Of a stretch of DNA of 64,000 bases, positions 31,322-41,456 are shown in pieces (the first letter of the stretch is position 1; every line of letters starts with the position of its first letter). Under the pieces are notes generated by a model, which was not told the origin of the DNA, did no database searches, and saw only the letters and a list, made by a program, of their open reading frames with translations. The DNA comes from an uncultured Acidobacteriota bacterium (GTDB lineage Bacteria > Acidobacteriota > Thermoanaerobaculia > Multivoradales > SZUA-115). A program made the position numbers and the translations under genes. The stretch lies in assembly GCA_963805975.1 (NCBI GenBank), contig CAWDVR010000003.1:352001-416000 (forward strand). The letters run 5' to 3'.

Positions 31322-33070
31322 ATGCTCCATGCTCCGCCATGCTCCACGCCGCATTCTCGAAGCCGGCGCGCTCGCGCCCCGCTCCTCGCCCTCCTCGCCG
31401 TGCTCTGGTGCGCCAGCCCGGCCCAGGCTGCGATCTTCACCGTGGGGGGCGTCGGCTGCACCCACGCCGACCTCTTCTCGGCCCTGGTGGCGGCGATCAA
31501 CGCCGCCGGCGCCGACGAGATCCGCCTGCTCGCCAACACCACCCACCAGGGGCAGTTCGTGGTCAACAGCGGCGACGGCCTGTCGATCCGCGGCGGCTTC
31601 GCGGGCTGCGCCGCCAGCGCCCCCACCGGTATGTCGACGCTCAAGGGCGACAACTCCAACCGCGCCCTCTTTCTCATCGCCAACACCTTCACACTGCTCG
31701 AGCGACTCACCATCAACGGCGGCTCGGTGACCGGCAATGGCGGCGGCCTGTTCGTGCAGGGTGGCGCGCGGGTCGACCTGTCGCTGGTCCATGTGGTCGG
31801 CAACAGCGCCACCGGCAAAGGCGGCAACGTCTACGTCAGCGCCTCACCGGGGCTCGAAGTGCGCTTTCTGACCGGTTCGCTCGTCAGCGCCGGCCAGGCC
31901 CCGGACGGCGGTGGCATCGCCTGCTCCGGGGCTGGCGGCGTGTTGCTGCACTTCGACGCGACGGTGATCAACAACACGGCCACGAACAACGGCGGCGGCG
32001 TGTGGGCCGGGGGCGACTGCGTGCTGTTCTCGAACGCCGGCGGCACGGTGGGCGGCATTCGCACCAATCTCAGCGTCAACAACGGTGGCGGGGTGTACGT
32101 AGAGGGCAGCGCCGAGTTCAATACCGGTCTCGCCGAGAGCGGCCCCACCATCATCGACGGCAACACCGCCAACAACGGCGGCGGCGGCGTGTTCGTCACC
32201 GGCACCGGCTCGGTGATCCGCCTGTTTTCGGCCAGGACCTCGTTCAATCACGCCGCTGGGGCAGGAGGCGCGTTTTTCGCCGACGATCACGCCGTGGCGG
32301 TGGTGGCCCGCCCGGTCAGCGACCCCGACCCCTGTCCGGACCCGATGCGTTGCTCGTTGCTGTTCGCCAACAGTGCCTCGGTGGGTGGCGCCATCTACAG
32401 CGACGACCAGGCCCAGGTGAACGTCCACGGCACTACTATCGAGAGCAACAGCTCCACCGTGTTCAATCCAGTGGCGAGCGTGCGGGGCGGCTCGCTGGTC
32501 ACCATCCACTCGAGCGTCGTCGCCGGCAACAGCGGCTCCGAGCCCTTCCTGGTTTCCGACGCCGCGAGCTCGCTGGTGCTCGGCAACGTCACGGTGGCCA
32601 ACAACATCAACATCGGCGACGGGATGATCGAGGTGGTCACCGGCACGGTGGGGCCGGTGCGCGTCCTGACCAGCGTCTTCCAGCAGGCCGGTCCGCTCTT
32701 CGTGCCGGGTTTCCCCGCCGCGATCACTCCGCAGGTCGATTGTGTGATGAGCTCGAACGGGGGCCTCTTCATCGGCATGCCCGCCGGCACGGTGATCCGC
32801 TCGATCGTCGTCGCCGATCCGCAGCTCGCCAACCCGGCGGCCGGCAACTTCCAACTGCGCGGCACCTCGCCGGCGATCGACGCCTGCGACACCACGCAAT
32901 GGAACGGCGGCTCCCAGGACATCGACTGGCAGGCCCGGGACATCGACAACCCCGACCACTCGAACCCCCTGCCGGGCTTCCGCGACCTAGGTGCCGACGA
33001 GTATCTGTGGATCTTCGCCGACGGCTTCGAGTCCGGAAACACCAATCGCTGGGATGTGGTGGTGCAGTAG
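31322..33070 (+). CDS. Secreted beta-helix protein (Pmp-like GGG/GGA repeats, choice-of-anchor Q-like end) with FxDGFE tail
   Basis: Signal peptide, repeated N.A...GGG(V/I), SPAIDAC...DLGADE, tail IFADGFESGNTNRWDVVVQ. Confidence 0.85.
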   Translation: MLHAPPCSTPHSRSRRARAPLLALLAVLWCASPAQAAIFTVGGVGCTHADLFSALVAAINAAGADEIRLLANTTHQGQFVVNSGDGLSIRGGFAGCAASAPTGMSTLKGDNSNRALFLIANTFTLLERLTINGGSVTGNGGGLFVQGGARVDLSLVHVVGNSATGKGGNVYVSASPGLEVRFLTGSLVSAGQAPDGGGIACSGAGGVLLHFDATVINNTATNNGGGVWAGGDCVLFSNAGGTVGGIRTNLSVNNGGGVYVEGSAEFNTGLAESGPTIIDGNTANNGGGGVFVTGTGSVIRLFSARTSFNHAAGAGGAFFADDHAVAVVARPVSDPDPCPDPMRCSLLFANSASVGGAIYSDDQAQVNVHGTTIESNSSTVFNPVASVRGGSLVTIHSSVVAGNSGSEPFLVSDAASSLVLGNVTVANNINIGDGMIEVVTGTVGPVRVLTSVFQQAGPLFVPGFPAAITPQVDCVMSSNGGLFIGMPAGTVIRSIVVADPQLANPAAGNFQLRGTSPAIDACDTTQWNGGSQDIDWQARDIDNPDHSNPLPGFRDLGADEYLWIFADGFESGNTNRWDVVVQ

Positions 33071-33110
33071 GGGGGCAGAGGGCGTCCGCTCCAGGCGGCT
33101 GGTATCCGGA

Positions 33111-33136
33111 TGGACCCCCGCTTTCGCGGGGGTGAC
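33111..33136. repeat. REP-like palindrome TGGACCCCCGCTTTCGCGGGGGTGAC between convergent genes
   Basis: ACCCCCGC-TTTC-GCGGGGGT stem-loop with TGGA/TGAC flanks. Confidence 0.7.
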
Positions 33137-33168
33137 GACGGGAGAGGTGCGCAGGCGCCGCCCGGCGT

Positions 33169-35613
33169 TCAATCCTCCTTCAGCGCCACCACCGGATCGA
33201 CCTGGGCCGCCTTGACAGAGGGCGCCAGGCAGGCGACGAGGCCGACCGCGGCCAGGAGGAGCGAGGCGGCCGCGAAGATGCCGGGGTCCGAGGGCTGGAC
33301 CTCGTAGAGCAGGCTCGCCAGCAGCCGGTTGGCGGCGAAGGCGCCGGCCACGCCCAGCACCATGCCGGCGAGGATCAGCCGCCCGCCTTGCCAGAGCACC
33401 AGGCTGGCGACGCTGCCGGGCGCCGCGCCCAGGGCCGAGCGGATGCCGATCTCCCGCGTGCGCAGGCTGACGGCGTAGGCGATGACGCCGTAGATCCCCA
33501 CCGCCGAGAGCAGCAGCGCCACGCCGGCGAAGATCGCCAGCAGCAGCATCGGCGCTCGCCGGGTGGCGAGCGAGTCGGAGAGCCGCGTCGCCATGGTCTT
33601 GACATCGAAGAGCGGCAGCTCCGGGTCGAGGCGCAGGATCTCCCGGCGGATGCCGCCGGTGAGGAGCGCCGGATCGCCCGAGGTGCGCGCCACCAGCGCG
33701 AGCTGGCCGGCCGGCCGCTGGCGCAGCGGGAAGTAGACCGTGCCTACCGTGTCGGGGTCGGTCAGATCCATCGAGCGGATGGCGGAGACCACGCCGACGA
33801 TGGTCCTCCAGGGCCGGTCCTCGTTGTCCTGTGCGATGCCGGTGCGCAGTCGCCCGCCGAGAGCGTCGCCCTTGGGGAAATAGCGCTCGGCGAGCTGCTG
33901 GTCGATGATCGCCACCAACTGCGCGTCCGGGGTGTCCGTGGCTTCGAAGTTGCGGCCGGCGATCTTGCGGATGCCGAGCGTGTCGAAGAAGCCGGCATCG
34001 ACCTCGCTGAAGTGCGGCACCGGCGGTGTCTCGCCCGGGCCCGGCGTGTAGCTCTCGAATGAGATCGCGCTGGCGTTGCTGCTGTTGCTGAAGGGGAGGA
34101 AGGTGGTGAGGCCCACCGCCTCGACCCCCGGCAGCGAGCGCACGCGGGCGGAGGCTGAATCGATGAAGGCCACGGTCGCGGCGTCGTCCGCGTAGCGCGC
34201 CTCGGGCAGGTTGATGAGCGCCGAGAGCACGCCCCGCGACTCGAACCCCGGCGTCACCCCCGCGACCTTGCGGAAGGACATCAGGAGCAGGCTCGCCAGC
34301 ACCAGCAGCACGAAGGCGAACGAGAACTGGAGCACCACCAGGCTCGAGCGGGTGAGCGAGGCCGTGCGGCCCCCGGTGCCCGTGCGCCCGCCCTCGCGGA
34401 ATGCCTGGGCGGGGTTCGCCCGCAGGGCCTGGAAGACGGGGATCAGGCCGAAGAGCAGGCCGGTGCCGAGCGCCACCAGGAAAGTGAAGGCGAGCACGCT
34501 CCAGTCGATCGCGATGTCCGACCCGCGGGGGAGCTGCTCGGCCGCGAAACGCGCCAGGAGGCGCGAGGCCGCCCAGCCCACCGCCAGCCCGAGCGCCCCG
34601 CCGGCGCCGGCCAGCGCCAGGCTCTCGACCAGCAGGGCACGCGTCACCCGGCCCCGGCCGGCGCCCAGCGCGAAGCGCACGGCGAGCTCTTTCCGCCGCC
34701 GGTGCGCCCGCACCAGCATCAGGTTGGCGACGTTGACGCAGCCGATGGCGAGCACCAGTGCCACGCCGCCCTGCACCAGCACGAGCTGCGGGCGCACGCT
34801 GCGCACCGTCTCCTCGTGCAGGCTGATCACCCGCGTCCAGAAGCCGGCGCTCGCCAGCACCTCGCGGAACTGCGGATGGGCGTCGGTGATGCGCTGGTTC
34901 AGGGCGTTGATGCGTTCCTGCGCCCGGGCCACGGTCACCCCCGGCTGGAGGCGGGCCAGCATGTTGAACGAGTTGCTGTGCCGGGAGTCGTCCGACATCT
35001 GCTCGGGCGTGAAGGCGAAGGGCATCAAGAGCCGGATGTCGTCATCCACGAGCTCGAAATCGTGCGACATCACGCCCACGATCTGGTGGCTCACGCCGTT
35101 GATCCGGATGTCCTTGCCCACCACGTTCGGGTCGCCGGCGAACTGCTTCTGCCACAGCGTGTGGGTGAGGAGGGCCACCTTCTCGTTGCCGAGCTTGGCG
35201 TCCTCCTCGGTGAAGGGGCGGCCGAGCACCGGCTGCACGCGCAGGAGGGGGAAGAGGGTGGGAGTGACGCGGGCCGAGACCACCCGTTCCGGCGAGCCCT
35301 CGGCGCCGACGTTGGCGCTCGAGAAATCGAGCAGCGCCACACTCTCGAAGACCTCGGTCTCCGCCTTGCGGTCGAAGTAGTCGGGTGCGGCGTTGGCGCC
35401 GCGGTCCGTCACGCCGACCTTGGGGTAGAGGTTGTAGAGGGTCACCAGGCGGTCGGGATCGGCATAGGGCAGCGGTTCGAGCAGCACCGCGTTGATGACG
35501 CTGAAGATGGCGGTGTTGGCGCCGATGGCGAGCGCCAGGGTGAGGAGCACGACGAAGGTGAACGACCGCTCGCGGGCTAGGGCGGCGACGGCGTGTTTCA
35601 GGTCTTTCAGCAT
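33169..35613 (-). CDS. ADOP-type duplicated MacB/FtsX ABC permease (complete)
   Basis: TLALAIGANTAIFSV, CVNVANL...ELAVRFALGAGR, EIGIRSALGA, VDPVVALKED. Confidence 0.93.
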   Translation of the reverse strand: MLKDLKHAVAALARERSFTFVVLLTLALAIGANTAIFSVINAVLLEPLPYADPDRLVTLYNLYPKVGVTDRGANAAPDYFDRKAETEVFESVALLDFSSANVGAEGSPERVVSARVTPTLFPLLRVQPVLGRPFTEEDAKLGNEKVALLTHTLWQKQFAGDPNVVGKDIRINGVSHQIVGVMSHDFELVDDDIRLLMPFAFTPEQMSDDSRHSNSFNMLARLQPGVTVARAQERINALNQRITDAHPQFREVLASAGFWTRVISLHEETVRSVRPQLVLVQGGVALVLAIGCVNVANLMLVRAHRRRKELAVRFALGAGRGRVTRALLVESLALAGAGGALGLAVGWAASRLLARFAAEQLPRGSDIAIDWSVLAFTFLVALGTGLLFGLIPVFQALRANPAQAFREGGRTGTGGRTASLTRSSLVVLQFSFAFVLLVLASLLLMSFRKVAGVTPGFESRGVLSALINLPEARYADDAATVAFIDSASARVRSLPGVEAVGLTTFLPFSNSSNASAISFESYTPGPGETPPVPHFSEVDAGFFDTLGIRKIAGRNFEATDTPDAQLVAIIDQQLAERYFPKGDALGGRLRTGIAQDNEDRPWRTIVGVVSAIRSMDLTDPDTVGTVYFPLRQRPAGQLALVARTSGDPALLTGGIRREILRLDPELPLFDVKTMATRLSDSLATRRAPMLLLAIFAGVALLLSAVGIYGVIAYAVSLRTREIGIRSALGAAPGSVASLVLWQGGRLILAGMVLGVAGAFAANRLLASLLYEVQPSDPGIFAAASLLLAAVGLVACLAPSVKAAQVDPVVALKED

Positions 35614-35650
35614 GGGGTGGCTCCCGGCCGCGGAGGGCCTGTCCCCTTCT

Positions 35651-35679
35651 GAAACGTGGCCGGCCCGCCCTTTGTTGCA
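35651..35679 (-). promoter_or_regulatory. Putative ECF-sigma promoter TGCAAC-N17-CGTTTC
   Basis: AAC/CGT architecture 38 nt upstream of the permease ATG. Confidence 0.4.
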
Positions 35680-35719
35680 GGGCCGGCCTGCTAAGCTCGC
35701 CCAAACCCCGAGACCTGCC

Positions 35720-36661
35720 GTGCGCCGACCGCGAATCCCCAGATCGTCGCTACCGGGCGACTCCCCACAGATCAGGCGGCGGCAGCGCCTGGCGGGGATC
35801 GGCTGCATGGGCCTCTTCCTCCTGGGGGTGTTTGCGGTCGAGAAGGGGAAAGAGCTCTTCCGGGACACTCCCCTCGCTCCCGACTCGCGGGGGATGGAGG
35901 AGATCCTCCAGGACGACGACCTCGAGGCGCTCGAGAAGCGGCTCAGCAACGGTGCCGACCCCAACGCCAAGGACGTCTTCGACCAGGCGTTGATCACCTG
36001 GGTGAGGAGCCCCAAGGCCCTGGAGATCATGCTCCGCCACGGCGCCGACCCGCAGGGCCGCGACAAGGACGGCGACACGCCGCTGATGGAGGCGGCGCGG
36101 GCGGGAGACGTGGAGTCGGTCCGGGTGCTGCTCGCCGCCGGAGCCGATGTCAACGCCGTCAACCCCGAGTACGGCTCCGAGCACACGGCGATGATCGACG
36201 CCATCTCGGGCGGCGACGGGGAGGTTCTCCGTCTTTTCAAGGCGGCCGGAGCCGTGGACACGCGGGTCACCGCCGAGAACGGCCAGCCCCTGCCGGCGGA
36301 CGGCGGCGAGCCGTTCCGGGTCTGCGTGGAATACATCGCCGCCATCCATCGCCAGGACCCGGACGCGATGTATCCGCTCACCGTCTGGCCCGAGCCCATC
36401 GATTCCTCCGGGACCGACTGGAACACGCTCCAGAGCGTGCGCCCCGTTGCGCCTCGCTTCCTCGGCGGCTTCTTCAACGAGACCTACGCCACGCTCACAC
36501 TCTCCGGCGAGACCCCGGCCGGTTTCGAGGCGGAGTGGCGGTACCAGCTCCGCCGCCTCCGCGCCGAGCAGGAGCCTCTGCTGCCCGAAGGCAAGACCCG
36601 GATCGAACCGCACACCACCGGCCTGTGGCGCATCGTGCGGGAGGACTGGCTGGTGGATTGA
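35720..36661 (+). CDS. Membrane-anchored ankyrin-repeat protein (start uncertain)
   Basis: GADPNAKD, GDTPLMEAARAG...LLAAGADVN; N-terminal hydrophobic stretch. Confidence 0.8.
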   Translation: MRRPRIPRSSLPGDSPQIRRRQRLAGIGCMGLFLLGVFAVEKGKELFRDTPLAPDSRGMEEILQDDDLEALEKRLSNGADPNAKDVFDQALITWVRSPKALEIMLRHGADPQGRDKDGDTPLMEAARAGDVESVRVLLAAGADVNAVNPEYGSEHTAMIDAISGGDGEVLRLFKAAGAVDTRVTAENGQPLPADGGEPFRVCVEYIAAIHRQDPDAMYPLTVWPEPIDSSGTDWNTLQSVRPVAPRFLGGFFNETYATLTLSGETPAGFEAEWRYQLRRLRAEQEPLLPEGKTRIEPHTTGLWRIVREDWLVD

Positions 36662-36698
36662 GAGACACGAGCATGTTCCCCGGCTCTCGCCATCCCCT

Positions 36699-37955
36699 CT
36701 AGACCAACAGCCGCTCCAGCGGCACCGCCCAGATGTTTCTCTCTAGCTGCTGGATGCTGGGTCCGGTATAGACCACGATCCCTCCGCGCCACTGCTCCCC
36801 GAGCGCTTTGCCGACTTCTCTCATGCTTCTCCAGCCCGAAGGCGAGAGCTTGGCGCCCAGCTTGGCCTCGAAGGTCCACGTTCCGTAAGGAGTGGTGGCC
36901 ATTAGATCGACCTCCAAGCCCGAGCGTGTGCGGTAGAAGGCGAGATCGACCGGCAGGTCGTGAGTCTTCGCCCACTTGAAGACCTCAGTGACGACCAGCG
37001 TCTCGAAGAGCTGCCCGGTGGCCGGTCCGCGGTTGTGGGTCAGGTGGCGCCACAGGGCCGTGTCCAGCCAGAAGATCTTGGGCGTCTTGATCACGCTGCT
37101 GGTGAGATTCTTGGCATAGGGCGGCAGGAGCACCGCCTGGTAGGAGAGCCGCAGGTACTCGATGTAACGCCTCGCCGTGGTGACGCTCAGGCCGGAGTCG
37201 CGGGCCAGTTCCGAGAACGACAGTAACTGGCCGCTGCGTGCCGCGCCGAGCTGCTGGAAGCCTCGGAAGGGCAGCAGGTCGGAGAGCCGAGTCAGGTCGG
37301 CGAGGTCACGCTCCAGGTAGGTGGCGTCGTACGACTGGAGCCACTTGCTGCGTTCCTCGTCGGAGAGCGGAAGGAGGCCCGGCATCCCTCCCCAGGCCAA
37401 CAAATGCTCGATCGCATCGGCGGCCCGCTCCGCCAGGGGACCCAGGCGCACCTCCGGCTCCTTGCCGAGGTGTTCCTCCGCGGAGCCGGGCTCGCGCAAC
37501 AGGCGGTCCAAGAGTGGCTGCGGCGCCTCCGAGCCGGCCTCAGTGGCGAGCTCGCTCGCCAGAAGCGGCCAGAGCTCGTAGACGAAGGCCCGGCCGGCCA
37601 GGGTCTCGCGCACCCTCTGCAGCATCAGGATCTGCGACGAGCCCAGGAGGATCGTCTCCCTGATCTCGCCGGCATCGAAGGCGTACTTCACCTTGTCGAA
37701 GAGGCTGGGCTCTTTCTGGGCTTCGTCCAGGATCGCGGGGCCGATGGCCTCGGCCCAGGACTCTGCTCGCGCGACTCGGAGAGTCTCACGCTGCGCTGGC
37801 GAATCCAGGTTGACGTAGCGGAAGCCGGGGAAGACGGCCCGCGCAAGAGTCGTCTTCCCCGTCTGACGGGCGCCGGTCAGGAGGGTCAGCCGGGGTGGCG
37901 AAACACGCTGGAGAACTGGCCCCAGCCAACGGAAACGCTGTATATTCGTTCTCAT
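36699..37955 (-). CDS. AAA_14 ATPase with DUF4143 domain
   Basis: TGARQTGKTT, LDEAQK, ETLAGR, GGMP, KTPK.F.LDT, YRTRSGLEVD...EAK. Confidence 0.93.
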   Translation of the reverse strand: MRTNIQRFRWLGPVLQRVSPPRLTLLTGARQTGKTTLARAVFPGFRYVNLDSPAQRETLRVARAESWAEAIGPAILDEAQKEPSLFDKVKYAFDAGEIRETILLGSSQILMLQRVRETLAGRAFVYELWPLLASELATEAGSEAPQPLLDRLLREPGSAEEHLGKEPEVRLGPLAERAADAIEHLLAWGGMPGLLPLSDEERSKWLQSYDATYLERDLADLTRLSDLLPFRGFQQLGAARSGQLLSFSELARDSGLSVTTARRYIEYLRLSYQAVLLPPYAKNLTSSVIKTPKIFWLDTALWRHLTHNRGPATGQLFETLVVTEVFKWAKTHDLPVDLAFYRTRSGLEVDLMATTPYGTWTFEAKLGAKLSPSGWRSMREVGKALGEQWRGGIVVYTGPSIQQLERNIWAVPLERLLV

Positions 37956-38028
37956 GGTGGGTAAATATACAGCCTATTTGTCCACGTCGTGAACAGATTT
38001 ACAGGTTATTTAGGCTCTCCGGGGAGAC

Positions 38029-39006
38029 TCAGCGCGTCCCGACCGGCCCCATCCACCGCCCGAGCACCGGCAGGTCACGAAGGGCCTGGCGCCACTCCGG
38101 TGCTGGTGGGCTGAAGGGCGAGGGCAGGAAGAACAGGGCGAGCCAGAGGGGGTTCTGGGGGAACCCGACTCCCATCGTCAGGTGGGTGGAGACGTGCAGG
38201 AGGATGAGGCCGAGGCCCCAGGCCCGGTGCAGCGAGGGCCGAGCCGCCGCCCACAGCGCGAAGAGCTCCAGGTAGAGAGCGCCGATCATCAATGGCCAGC
38301 CCACCCAGTAGTGCTCGATCAGCCACAGGCCGAGGACGCTCGTGGAATCGTCCGAGAGAAGCTTGGCGGCGACCTGCCGCGCGAGCGCCGTGGGCGCGAC
38401 GTAGGAGACCTCACCCTGGAGCGCCTGCTGGACCACCCCGCCCACTTTCCACACGCCGGACATACTGTACGTGAGCATGATGAGCGCCTGACAGCCGGAG
38501 AACACCAGCAGGGTCGCAGCTCGCACCGGCCGGCCGGGCGCCGGGCTCGACGCCCAGCCGCGGGGAAGGAAGATCAGCACGAAGCTCAACAGCAGGCCCA
38601 GGTGGTCGCCGTGATTGACGCTGCCGAAGGAGAACCGGAAGGCCAGGAGCTCGAGCAGCGAGCAGAACACCAGGATGCGTGCCCATCGGTGGCCGGAGAG
38701 CGCCACCCCGAGCAGGCCGCCCAGCAGGTGGAACCACAGAATCAGCGCGATCCCGGAGCGAAGGTCCACGTAGCGCAGCCAGAAGACGGGCCAGCGAGGG
38801 CTGAGACTCGTGGTGGCGAGGAGCTCCTGCCAGGAGAAGAGCTGGTTCAGAGCGAGAAACAGCAGCACCGCGTAGAACGCCGTAACCAGGGCCTGGCCAC
38901 GGAAGAAGCTCTCCCGGCGCAAGAAGACGGACCCGCTCGTGGCTGGGCCGGCGGCCCGCGACCGGAAGAAGGCCACGAGGGCCTCAGCGCGGCCCCTATC
39001 TCTCAT
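38029..39006 (-). CDS. HTTM-like polytopic membrane protein
   Basis: SFGSVNH, YSMSGVWK, LELF...R...GLILLH...MG.GF pattern; about 7-8 TM. Confidence 0.6.
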   Translation of the reverse strand: MRDRGRAEALVAFFRSRAAGPATSGSVFLRRESFFRGQALVTAFYAVLLFLALNQLFSWQELLATTSLSPRWPVFWLRYVDLRSGIALILWFHLLGGLLGVALSGHRWARILVFCSLLELLAFRFSFGSVNHGDHLGLLLSFVLIFLPRGWASSPAPGRPVRAATLLVFSGCQALIMLTYSMSGVWKVGGVVQQALQGEVSYVAPTALARQVAAKLLSDDSTSVLGLWLIEHYWVGWPLMIGALYLELFALWAAARPSLHRAWGLGLILLHVSTHLTMGVGFPQNPLWLALFFLPSPFSPPAPEWRQALRDLPVLGRWMGPVGTR

Positions 39007-39494
39007 TTGGGGCTCTCATTCGGGTCTCGCGTGTCGAGCCGCACGACGAGGCGCCGCTCACTGCTCTCGCCGGTCTGCCACTTGTGGAGCGGCTCGTAGC
39101 GCTCGAAGAGGAGGTCATAGCGCACCTTGCCCTGGAGGTAGTTGTCCTCCAGGACCTGACGCAGGTGATCGGCCTCCTCGGTCCTACCCTTGTCGTGCGC
39201 CCGCCCGAGGCTCTGGATCAGCTTGCGCCCGAGGAAGCGGTTTCCGGTCACGATCGATCCCGGCGCCTGGAAGAAGGAGACGGGCGGCCGGAGCAGTTGC
39301 CCCTCGTGCCGATGGATGACCACCGTGTACCGGCTCTCCAGGTTCGGGACCTTCGAGAAGAGGGACCAGCCGAAGAACGGGAAGATCTCGTCCACCCCGG
39401 GTACGAGCTTCTGGCTCGCCGCCCCGGCGACGCAGTACACGGCGACGAGCAGCACGAGCTGCCGGCGCAGGCGGCGCAGAGGGGTCGCGTGCAT
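39003..39494 (-). CDS. Small membrane-anchored partner of the HTTM-like gene
   Basis: One TM, then DEIFPFFGWSLFSKVP; ATGA overlap with the downstream gene. Confidence 0.6.
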   Translation of the reverse strand: MHATPLRRLRRQLVLLVAVYCVAGAASQKLVPGVDEIFPFFGWSLFSKVPNLESRYTVVIHRHEGQLLRPPVSFFQAPGSIVTGNRFLGRKLIQSLGRAHDKGRTEEADHLRQVLEDNYLQGKVRYDLLFERYEPLHKWQTGESSERRLVVRLDTRDPNESPK

Positions 39495-39610
39495 CGTCCT
39501 GTTGTTCAGGGTCTCAGGCTACCATCGTGCAACGCTGGAAAGGCCCTCGAGGCACCCGTCGGATAAGCTCCGAGCCCGATGCTCAGGCCCCCGTGCAAGG
39601 CTGTTCGGCC

Positions 39611-41404
39611 ATGGCCCGCCGGACTGTAGATTCCCTGGTCCGATGGTTCACGGGACGGCCGTTTCCTCTCCGTCTCGCCCTCCTCGCGATCCTGCTCTCC
39701 CTGCCCGCGCTCTGGGTGGGGCTCCAGCTCGACGACTTTCCGCAACGCCTGGTGATGCTGGGGGCCGGTCCTCTCGAGGTGAGGCCGCTCGAGGTGTTCC
39801 GGCTGGTCGACGGCGACCGGGAGATGCGGCGCCGGATGGTGGAGCACGGCTTCCTGCCCTGGTGGACCTCCGAGCGCGCTCGCTTCGTCTTCTTCCGGCC
39901 GGCGGCGGCACTGTCGATGCTCTTCGATTACCGGCTATGGCCCGGCTCGCCGGTCCTGATGCACGTTCACAGCCTCGCCTGGCTGGGGTTGATGGTGGCC
40001 GCGGCGGCGCTCGCCTACCGCCGCATCCTCGGCGTGGGCTGGGCGGCGGGCCTCGCCGCGCTGCTCTACGCCGTGGACGACGCGCACGCGCTTCCCGCCT
40101 CCTGGCTCGCCAACCGCAACGCGCTGATGGCGACCGCCTTCGGCCTCGCGGCGCTCGCCGTCCACGACCGCTGGCGGCGGAGCGCGGCCGTTTCGGGCTG
40201 GCGACGCCTCGCGGGCGCGCCGCTCTCCTGCCTGCTCCTCGCGCTGGCTCTGCTCTCGGGCGAGATCGGGCTCGGCGCGCTCGGGTATTTCCTGGCCTAT
40301 GCCTGTTTCCTGGAGCCGGTACGCGGTGCTCGACGCTGGCTGTCGCTCGTGCCGGCCGGCCTCGTTGCCGGCGGCTGGGCCGTGCTCTACAAGTTGGGTG
40401 GCTACGGGGTCGTCGGCTCGGGGATCTACGTCGATCCGCTGCGAGAACCGCTGGGGTTCGCCGTCGCGGTGCTCCGGAGGGCACCGCTGCTGCTCCTCGG
40501 CCAGTGGTCGCCGGTGCCGGCGGACGCGGCCTCGGTGGTGCCGGTGGAACAGGCGAGGGTGCTCTTCGCCGGCGCCCTGGTTCTGATCGCGCTCCTCGCT
40601 GCCCTCTTCCTGCCGCTGCTCCGCGGTGCGGCCACTGCCCGCTTCTTCGCGACCGGCATGCTGCTGGCGCTGCTGCCGGTCTGCGCCACCTTCGCCTCGA
40701 ACCGGCTGCTCTCGTTCGTGGGCTTTGGCGGCGCGGGCCTTCTGGCGCTCTTCTTGGGCGCCGTTGCTTCGGCTTCCGGGGTGTCGCGGGCCGCCCGTTG
40801 GGCTGCCGTGGCGCTCGCCGTCGTCCACCTGCCGCTTTCGGCCCTGGCGAGCCCCTTCTTCGCCTACTCGACCCGCACCTACGGCCAGGCGCCGAACCTC
40901 GCGCTCGCCACCTTGCCGGGTGACGCCGGGCGCGACGTGATCGTGGTCAACGCGCCGGACTACCTCACCTACGTGAGCAACGCCCGGCCCGTGCGCCACG
41001 CGCTGGGGCTGCCGCTGGCGCGGCGCGTGCTGGCACTCGCCAGCGGGCCGGTACCGGTCTCGGTCACGCGGCTCGACGGCGAGCGGCTGCGGGTGACCCT
41101 GCCCGACGGCTTTTTCAACGGCCAGCTCGCCTGGCTCTTCCACTCGCCGGACGATCGGCTGGAGGTCGGCAGGGTGATCGGCCTCGAGACCTTCACCGCC
41201 GAGATCGCCGCCGTGCGGCCGGACGGCCAGCCCAGCGAGGTCGTCTTCACCTTTCCGCAAGGGCTCGACAGCCCGTCTCTCGCATTCGTGCGCTTCGACT
41301 CCGATGCCTATCTGCCCTTCGTGCTGCCGGCCGTAGGCACGACGGCGACTCTCGAAGCCGCGATCGGGCCGTTCGAGCGGCTGGGGAGGCCGGGCGGGGA
41401 TTGA
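39611..41404 (+). CDS. Polytopic membrane protein, GT-C glycosyltransferase-like (inference)
   Basis: LDDF after TM1, FFRP, WLANRN, ALLSGE; ~11 TM plus a soluble C-terminal domain. Confidence 0.6.
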   Translation: MARRTVDSLVRWFTGRPFPLRLALLAILLSLPALWVGLQLDDFPQRLVMLGAGPLEVRPLEVFRLVDGDREMRRRMVEHGFLPWWTSERARFVFFRPAAALSMLFDYRLWPGSPVLMHVHSLAWLGLMVAAAALAYRRILGVGWAAGLAALLYAVDDAHALPASWLANRNALMATAFGLAALAVHDRWRRSAAVSGWRRLAGAPLSCLLLALALLSGEIGLGALGYFLAYACFLEPVRGARRWLSLVPAGLVAGGWAVLYKLGGYGVVGSGIYVDPLREPLGFAVAVLRRAPLLLLGQWSPVPADAASVVPVEQARVLFAGALVLIALLAALFLPLLRGAATARFFATGMLLALLPVCATFASNRLLSFVGFGGAGLLALFLGAVASASGVSRAARWAAVALAVVHLPLSALASPFFAYSTRTYGQAPNLALATLPGDAGRDVIVVNAPDYLTYVSNARPVRHALGLPLARRVLALASGPVPVSVTRLDGERLRVTLPDGFFNGQLAWLFHSPDDRLEVGRVIGLETFTAEIAAVRPDGQPSEVVFTFPQGLDSPSLAFVRFDSDAYLPFVLPAVGTTATLEAAIGPFERLGRPGGD

Positions 41405-41456
41405 TCTACTATCGTGGGTCTGGCAGCCTGGATCGACCCATGAAAGGCGGGAAGCG

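Noticed and set aside
33169-36477. 1102-aa permease with long N-terminal extension
   Set aside because: The extension is antisense to the ankyrin gene; the family start MLKDLKHA is at 35613
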